DNA from: an uncultured delta proteobacterium
GTDB taxonomy: Bacteria; Myxococcota_A; Polyangia; Fen-1088
Length of the DNA stretch: 64,000 nucleotides
Assembly: GCA_963796685.1 (NCBI GenBank)
Contig: CAWCMR010000015.1
Span: 384,001 to 448,000, forward strand
Direction of reading: 5' to 3'
The notes beneath the pieces were generated by a model, which worked only from the letters and a program-made list of their open reading frames with translations, was not told where the DNA came from and ran no database searches. A program made the position numbers and the translations under genes. Below, in pieces: positions 58,235 to 64,000 of this stretch (positions within the stretch are counted from its first letter, which is position 1; every line of letters starts with the position of its first letter).

Positions 58235-59392
58235 TCATGCCAGGCGCGTCGAACGAAAGCGGGTGCGCAACCAATCGACCAAGGGTCGGCCGTAGTGCGT
58301 CTTGACCAGCGACAGGCCGAGCATGACCAGGGTGAGAAGACCGACGAGGAGCGTGGCGCCGGGAAGGCCGAGCCGGGAGCGCAGGGAGTAGACCAGGCTG
58401 CCGTAGCAAAGCTCGATGTGGACCCAGTAAATCAGCAGCGAGGTGCGACCAAGCTGGCGCAGCACCGAAAAGCGCCCGCGCAAGAGCTGGCACCACGCAA
58501 AGCCGCCGCCAGCGAGGAGGGCGATGAGCCCCAATCGGTGGAAGAAGATACCCGGCCCCATTTGCATGAGGAGCTCCGAGGGATAGCGAATGATGGTCGG
58601 GTCGATTGCGCGAACCACGACGACCGCGGCGGTCAGCGCGGCGCCGGCCGCGAAGGTGAGGGCAAAGGCGTGGTTTCGCTGGCGAGGCTCGCGGCTGGCG
58701 GTCGCCCACAGGTGGCCCGCGGGGACGCCGACCAAGGCCCAGGCGCCCCAGGGAAACAGGGAAAACCAGGCCATGGGACGCTGTCCCCCGAGGTACGACG
58801 TCAGCGGCCGGGGCATCCAGGTGGGAAAATGCGCAGGCCCGACCAGGGTTCCGAAGCCGAGAAAGACGACGGCCAATCCCAGCGCGGGCAGGATCTGCCG
58901 GCGGCCATTTCGCGGCGTGGCCACCCACGCGACCACCAGCATCGAAAGGCCGATGGCGTTCAGGATGTCGACGCGAAACAGCGCCTCCCAGCCACCGTAG
59001 CAACGCGAGAGCAGCCATTCTTGCAGGCGAAAGAGATAGGCCAGGGCCAGAATCTGCAGGCCGCGCTTGGCCAGACGGCCGCGCATGGTGCCACTCGGCA
59101 AGCCCTTGGCCAGCCCGGATTCGAACTGAATCGCCGCCGACACGCCGACGAGGAACAAGAACAGCCGCGCCGGAATGCCCATGCCGACCCGGATGACCGC
59201 GTAGATCGTGCCGGCCTTTGCCGCGGGCAGGAGCCAGGCGTCCATCCCGTGCGCCATGATCATCAGCACCACCGCCACGCCCCGTAGCCAGTCGACCACG
59301 TCGATTCGCGCCCGCGTCTGCGCCCCCGCCCGACTTCCCGGGCTTCTCGCGCCGTCTTGCGCATTGGCCTGCGCGCTGTTTGCCGCACTCAT
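58235..59392 (-). CDS. HGSNAT/DUF1624-like membrane acyltransferase
   Basis: RIDVVDWLRGVAVVLMIMAH, FLFLVG, DILNAIG, FSLFPW and LGRTSLLIYWVH. Confidence 0.82.
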   Translation of the reverse strand: MSAANSAQANAQDGARSPGSRAGAQTRARIDVVDWLRGVAVVLMIMAHGMDAWLLPAAKAGTIYAVIRVGMGIPARLFLFLVGVSAAIQFESGLAKGLPSGTMRGRLAKRGLQILALAYLFRLQEWLLSRCYGGWEALFRVDILNAIGLSMLVVAWVATPRNGRRQILPALGLAVVFLGFGTLVGPAHFPTWMPRPLTSYLGGQRPMAWFSLFPWGAWALVGVPAGHLWATASREPRQRNHAFALTFAAGAALTAAVVVVRAIDPTIIRYPSELLMQMGPGIFFHRLGLIALLAGGGFAWCQLLRGRFSVLRQLGRTSLLIYWVHIELCYGSLVYSLRSRLGLPGATLLVGLLTLVMLGLSLVKTHYGRPLVDWLRTRFRSTRLA

Positions 59393-59441
59393 TCCTCCAG
59401 CACACTACCAGCGAGCTGCTGGAAAAAGGTAGAGTGACACC

Positions 59442-60290
59442 GTGGAAATTTCGCTGGCCTACTCGGTTGACGCCGACGACGCGTTCATGTTTCACGCCCT
59501 GGCGACGGGTGCCGTCGATGCGCGCGGGCTGACGTTCTCGCATCGGCGCGGGGACACGGCGTGGCTGAACGGATTGGCCGAATCGGGCGGCGGCGACGTG
59601 GTGGCCATTTCGGCGGGCGCCTATCCGAAGGTCGCGGACAACTACCTGCTCTTGCCCCATGGTGCTTCGGTGGGACGCGGGTTCGGCCCGGTGGTGGTGG
59701 CCAAGCAAGCGATGACGCTGGCGGATCTGGCGGGCCGCCGCGTGGCCATCCCGGGACTTTCGACCACGGCATTCTTGGTGCTGCGTCTGATGCAGCCGGC
59801 GCTGGTTCCCGTGGTGGTTCCCATCGCGCCCTTCGCGCGGGTGTTCGAGGCCCTGGATCGGGGCGAGGTGGACGCAGCCCTGCTGATTCACGAGGGTCGC
59901 TTGCTCTTCGAGCGTCGTGGTTGCGTGGCCGTGGCCGAGCTGGGCGAGTGGTGGCTGCGCGAAACCGGGCTGCCACTGCCGCTCGGGGTGAACGTCATCC
60001 GGCGCGCCCTCGGCGAGCAAACCATTGCCCTGGTCTCGGAGGTCCTGCGCGCGGCCATCGTCTACGCGCTCGACCATCGCGACGAGGTGATTTTGGCCAT
60101 TGCCGGTGAAAAGCGCGGCGACGCGGCCCTGTCCGAAAGCGCACTGCTCGACCGCTACCTCGGCATGTACGCCAACGACGATACGCGCACCATGGCCCCT
60201 GATGTCCGACAGGCCATCGATGTGCTGTTCAGTCGTGCGACGGCGGCGGGCCTGCTCCCGACGGGCTGCCGAGTCGCCTGGGCACTTTAG
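59442..60290 (+). CDS. mqnD: 1,4-dihydroxy-6-naphthoate synthase (futalosine pathway)
   Basis: S.DADDAFMF, GASVGRGFGP, IPGLSTTA, LIHEG, ETGLPLPLG and MYAN. Confidence 0.88.
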   Translation: MEISLAYSVDADDAFMFHALATGAVDARGLTFSHRRGDTAWLNGLAESGGGDVVAISAGAYPKVADNYLLLPHGASVGRGFGPVVVAKQAMTLADLAGRRVAIPGLSTTAFLVLRLMQPALVPVVVPIAPFARVFEALDRGEVDAALLIHEGRLLFERRGCVAVAELGEWWLRETGLPLPLGVNVIRRALGEQTIALVSEVLRAAIVYALDHRDEVILAIAGEKRGDAALSESALLDRYLGMYANDDTRTMAPDVRQAIDVLFSRATAAGLLPTGCRVAWAL

Positions 60291-60322
60291 TCGGAATTCT
60301 TCGACTTATTTCCGGGCCAGCC

Positions 60323-62098
60323 CTAAGGCCGTAGATGCGCGCGGGCCATCTCGAGTCGTCGCAGGATCTCCGGATTGCCTGGGCTGAGCGCCAGCGCTCT
60401 TGCGTACTCGGTCGCGGCGTCGGAGTAGCCCCCTCGATCCTGAGCGGCGAGACCAAGGTTCAAATGACCGTTGATGGAATCCGGATCGATTTCGACGGCC
60501 TTCGTGAAATGTTCCGCGCCTTCCTCCCTTCGGCCAAGCTGCATGAGCGCCATCCCCAAATTGTTGTGGATCGAGGCGATGAAGGGCGCGCGAGTACCGG
60601 CAGCGTTTGTCTTCCTGGCCAGAACGGTAAGGTAGTAATCCGCCGCCTTCTGGAGCTCACCCTTCCGCATCCATGCAACTCCGAGCGCAACCTCGGCGTC
60701 CAGGTAGTCCGGATTGATTCGAAGACATGCGAGGGTCCGCGACAGGCCCTCATCGGTTCTGCCGGCCGCGAAGAGCTTCGCCGCCAAGTTGTATTCGGCC
60801 AGATAGCTTCGGGGATTGATCTCCAGGGTGTGTCGAAAGAGGCTCTCCGTAGAGCGCCAAAGCCGGGCCTGGGTAAAGCTTAGACCAGCCATGCCAAGGA
60901 GGACCACGAAGGATACCCGCAGGGCGCTGCGGGCTGCTCGCAGCCGGATGAGAATACCCGCGACCACCAGGCTGACGCCGAACATCGGAACGTACAGGTA
61001 TCGGTCGGCCACGGTGCTGAAGTCCTGGAACTTGAACGGCACCACGCCCAACACCGGTGCGACGGAAAGGAGGAAGATGGCACACCCGCCGTAAGCGAGG
61101 GCGCGCCAGGAGGCACGGGAAGTCCGGGCGGAAGGCTCGGGGCGTAGGCCTGCACGGACGACCACTGCCACGCCGCAAATGAGCACCAGGATGGAAAGGG
61201 CCAAGTGCCAGCCCGGCACTTGATTGAGCACGAAGTGAGGAGAACGTCCGTAGTCGAGCCCGAGGCGAAAGGGGAAGATCAGCTTGTAGAGGTAGAAGGA
61301 ATAGGCATCGGCTGCCACGAGACCCCTTGCGGGAAGCCCCGGTATCAGCTCCATGTTCACATCGGGCTGAAGGTGCTTCGTTGCGAGCACGAAGGGAAGA
61401 AGCAGCACGCCGAAGACGATGGGATTCCTCAGACTTTCCTTCATGCTCTTCCCGAGAAGGATTCGGTCGGTGACCAGAAGGAACCCCGGAAAGACGACGG
61501 CCGAGGGTTTGGCGAGCGTTGCTGCGACGAAGAGGACGGCTGTCAGTCCCTTTCTTGACGAGCCGTAGTAACACCAGACCCCCAGCAGTCCCAACGTAGC
61601 CGCAAGCCCGCCTCTGAGCTCGGAGATCCATGCCACCGTCTCGACCTGTGCCGGATGAAGCGCAAAGAACAGTGCCGAGACGAGCGCAACGCTGCGCACG
61701 TGGGAATCGCTCAGCAATGCCGGCCTGATCCGATCGTGGCGGAGCAGCGTTTGAAGGATCAGGAACACCACCGAAGCATTGACCGCGTGAACCTCGAGGT
61801 TGAGCGCGTGAAAGAGTGGCGCGCTCTGTTTGAGCGGACCCATGACCTGCACCAGCCCGGCATAGAGCCACCAAACGGAATAGGTAAGCGGGATATATAG
61901 GCCGAGATAGGGCTTCGCCCAGATGGCCCCGAGATGGGCGAGTGACAGTCCGCGAAGATGAGGATTGTCGAGGATGTGGCCGTGATCGTCCAGGCGCAGA
62001 TAACCCGCGACGAGAACCGGGAGGAACGCGAGGACACTCGCCGAGACGACGATGGCAAGTGTGCGGGCCGGAGAAGACTCCTGCTTCGACCATCCCAT
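60323..62098 (-). CDS. TMTC-like GT-C glycosyltransferase with C-terminal TPRs
   Basis: LDDHGHILDNP, YIPLT, FHALN, LHPAQVETVAWIS, VADRYLY and W..TESLF, followed by TPRs. Confidence 0.87.
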   Translation of the reverse strand: MGWSKQESSPARTLAIVVSASVLAFLPVLVAGYLRLDDHGHILDNPHLRGLSLAHLGAIWAKPYLGLYIPLTYSVWWLYAGLVQVMGPLKQSAPLFHALNLEVHAVNASVVFLILQTLLRHDRIRPALLSDSHVRSVALVSALFFALHPAQVETVAWISELRGGLAATLGLLGVWCYYGSSRKGLTAVLFVAATLAKPSAVVFPGFLLVTDRILLGKSMKESLRNPIVFGVLLLPFVLATKHLQPDVNMELIPGLPARGLVAADAYSFYLYKLIFPFRLGLDYGRSPHFVLNQVPGWHLALSILVLICGVAVVVRAGLRPEPSARTSRASWRALAYGGCAIFLLSVAPVLGVVPFKFQDFSTVADRYLYVPMFGVSLVVAGILIRLRAARSALRVSFVVLLGMAGLSFTQARLWRSTESLFRHTLEINPRSYLAEYNLAAKLFAAGRTDEGLSRTLACLRINPDYLDAEVALGVAWMRKGELQKAADYYLTVLARKTNAAGTRAPFIASIHNNLGMALMQLGRREEGAEHFTKAVEIDPDSINGHLNLGLAAQDRGGYSDAATEYARALALSPGNPEILRRLEMARAHLRP

Positions 62099-62304
62099 GG
62101 AGCCCTTCAGTCCAACCCTTGAACAGCGTTGGTACTGGTCCACGGTTCTCGACGCACATGGCAGGCCCCTCGGCTTCGAGGAAATCGCAGGCAAAGGGCA
62201 GGGAAGCAATGCGCACCGACAACCGACATTGCCCGAAGTCTCTATGCCCGTGGGCTCCGCGGTCAAGCGGAGATTGGCAGTCAGGTATCCGGGTCGTGCT
62301 GGCC

Positions 62305-63804
62305 TCAGTTTGCCCTGATCTCCTTCGGACGCGTATACCTAGGGCGATATCGCTCGGGCAGAGGGATGCATCCGCCAGAGCGATCGAGAAGTGTCACGCC
62401 GCCGCGCTCGGCAACAGGGTGCCAGCCGGGGAGACTGGCACCGCTGGGTGCAATCGCATAGTTCGCGGCCTGCGACATCAGCAGCCACATCGGGCGGCTC
62501 GTGGGGCTGGTCAAGATACTATCGCGATGAAGATACGTCTTGCCGCCCGAGAAGAGCTCATTGGGCAGGAGACCGAGGATAAGCATCCCGCAGAGATCCG
62601 ATTGCTGGCCAGCCTGGACGATCAGACGATTGATGCTATTGCGTTTCCCGAACAGGATGTGATCGCGTGCCTCGCCCCTGGCATCTCCCAGGTCCTGGTA
62701 GGTCAAGGTGGTGGCGCGCAGCGTTCCGTACAGGATCATGCCGATAGCTCCGACGGCAAGAAGCGCGACGCGCGCTTCCGGAACCGCCACTCGCCGGGCA
62801 CACCACGGACCGAAGAGCACCACCAGGCCACTTGCTGTCACGGCGCCGAGCAGCGGCAGGATAGGGAGCAGAAAGCGCGGCTCTTTGTGTCCGAACGCGG
62901 AATGTGCAGCAAGGTACAGCAAGGCGACGGCAAGCGGCATGCGTGCCCCGGGAATTTTTCGAAGCAACGCGATTGCGGCAGGAGGGAAACACAGGGCGAG
63001 CGGAAGCGCGGCGACAAGGAGCACCAGCGCATGGCTCCACGCAGGTTGTACGCCGAACGAGCTCGCGCCGGACTGGCTCCAATTGAACCTCACGTACTCG
63101 ACAAGATGATGGAAAGGACTGCCCCACGTGGCCCAGTCGAGCATCCCGCCAGCGATGGCCACCGGTAGCCCGCCGGAAGCAAACCGAGCCAGGTCGCGAA
63201 AACGACCCTCGAACGCGAGCAGCACAGCAGCAGAGAGGCCCACGATGCCATTGGATGGGCGCAGAAAGACCAGCAGAGCTGCCCAGGCCCCGGCTCGCAC
63301 GACCTTCTCGTCGGCAATCGCCATCACGGTCAGGAGCACGATCGGGGCACTCGCGGCCTCGGTGGTGGTCCGAAAATCGAGGAGGAGCGCCAAGGGCGTG
63401 AAGGCCGCCAAGGTACACGCAAGGAATCTCGCGCTGTCGCTTGACAGCTTACCGGCCAGGCGCGAGGCGAGATACACCCCATAGACACCAAGAGCAACGA
63501 AGGGCATGCGCAGCAAGGGCACGACCGTCAATGGATCCGAAAAACCGAGCAGGGCGAGCCCTTTCCATAACAGCGCGAGCAGGCCCGGCAGCAGCCAAGA
63601 ACGTGCGCCATCATGGAATTCCCAAGATTGAATCCCATATCCGTAGACCCATCGGTGGGCCGGCTCGAGCATCTGGAAGATTTCGTCGGGTTGGTTGACG
63701 CCATGCTCGAAGCATGCAAGCCCAAGGCGCGGTAGGGCAGCGAGCACGAGCATGATGGCTAGCCACCGGCGCGCGAAGAAATCGAGCATCGCCTTCATCG
63801 ACAT
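62305..63804 (-). CDS. PIG-B/Alg9-like (GT22) mannosyltransferase
   Basis: QPDEIFQMLEPAH..VYGYG..SWEF..GARSW and HKEPRFLLP motifs, multi-TM. Start at 63804, 63798 or 63789. Confidence 0.85.
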   Translation of the reverse strand: MSMKAMLDFFARRWLAIMLVLAALPRLGLACFEHGVNQPDEIFQMLEPAHRWVYGYGIQSWEFHDGARSWLLPGLLALLWKGLALLGFSDPLTVVPLLRMPFVALGVYGVYLASRLAGKLSSDSARFLACTLAAFTPLALLLDFRTTTEAASAPIVLLTVMAIADEKVVRAGAWAALLVFLRPSNGIVGLSAAVLLAFEGRFRDLARFASGGLPVAIAGGMLDWATWGSPFHHLVEYVRFNWSQSGASSFGVQPAWSHALVLLVAALPLALCFPPAAIALLRKIPGARMPLAVALLYLAAHSAFGHKEPRFLLPILPLLGAVTASGLVVLFGPWCARRVAVPEARVALLAVGAIGMILYGTLRATTLTYQDLGDARGEARDHILFGKRNSINRLIVQAGQQSDLCGMLILGLLPNELFSGGKTYLHRDSILTSPTSRPMWLLMSQAANYAIAPSGASLPGWHPVAERGGVTLLDRSGGCIPLPERYRPRYTRPKEIRAN

Positions 63805-63851
63805 TTGGGAGCCATGGCAGGGGCTTGGGTCGGAAGCTCGGCGGGCTGCCG

Positions 63852-64000
63852 TCAGCTTCGCGTCTCCGTGGTGAAGTTCTTCGTCAGCCCGTCGAGCACA
63901 GCCTGACACGCGCGCTCTGCGGCGGACTTGGCGTGCCTCTGCCATTCGCGCTGTCCGCTGGGACCGACGTGGTTCGCGATGCCCAGGATCGCGGCGAAGG
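63852..64000 (-). CDS. C-terminus of a nucleoside phosphorylase-family protein (possibly MqnB-like), partial
   Basis: Manual translation: FAAILGIANHVGPSGQREWQRHAKSAAERACQAVLDGLTKNFTTETRS*. The GIAN.VG..W motif fits, and mqnD is nearby. Confidence 0.55.
   Translation of the reverse strand, partial: FAAILGIANHVGPSGQREWQRHAKSAAERACQAVLDGLTKNFTTETRS

Overview
High-GC (~68% by eye) chromosomal segment of a myxobacterium (Myxococcota, probably Polyangia-like). The assignment rests on MYXO-CTERM, PEGA, VWA-lipoprotein, AgmX-like and large Ser/Thr kinase genes. The backbone holds housekeeping genes (cutA, sodB, PNP, yhbY, uvrA, rnpB, tRNA-Ile2, birA, nadC, rsmD, coaD, an aminotransferase, an acyl-CoA dehydrogenase, mqnD), signalling genes, secreted proteins and a set of GT-C (TMTC-like and PIG-B/Alg9-like) glycosyltransferases. 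The main accessory feature is a 12.3-kb capsid-less integrative element (29064-41423) resembling a phage satellite or integrative plasmid. It is inserted in tRNA-Gly(CCC) in an unusual way: the 5' half of the tRNA is duplicated and the intact tRNA lies downstream of the integrase. It encodes a tyrosine integrase, an excisionase-like HTH, a Toprim-D5/P4 primase-helicase with an embedded palindromic origin candidate, a terminase-small-subunit-like HTH, a DUF4258/MqsA-like toxin-antitoxin pair, an RHH repressor, a candidate switchable structured RNA and several orphan genes. A five-copy MITE-like repeat family is dispersed in intergenic regions. Four single-base-insertion frameshifts and two genes with internal deletions (uppP, an EmrB-like MFS) suggest consensus or assembly errors, or local decay. 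All family assignments come from motif recognition by eye; no searches were run.
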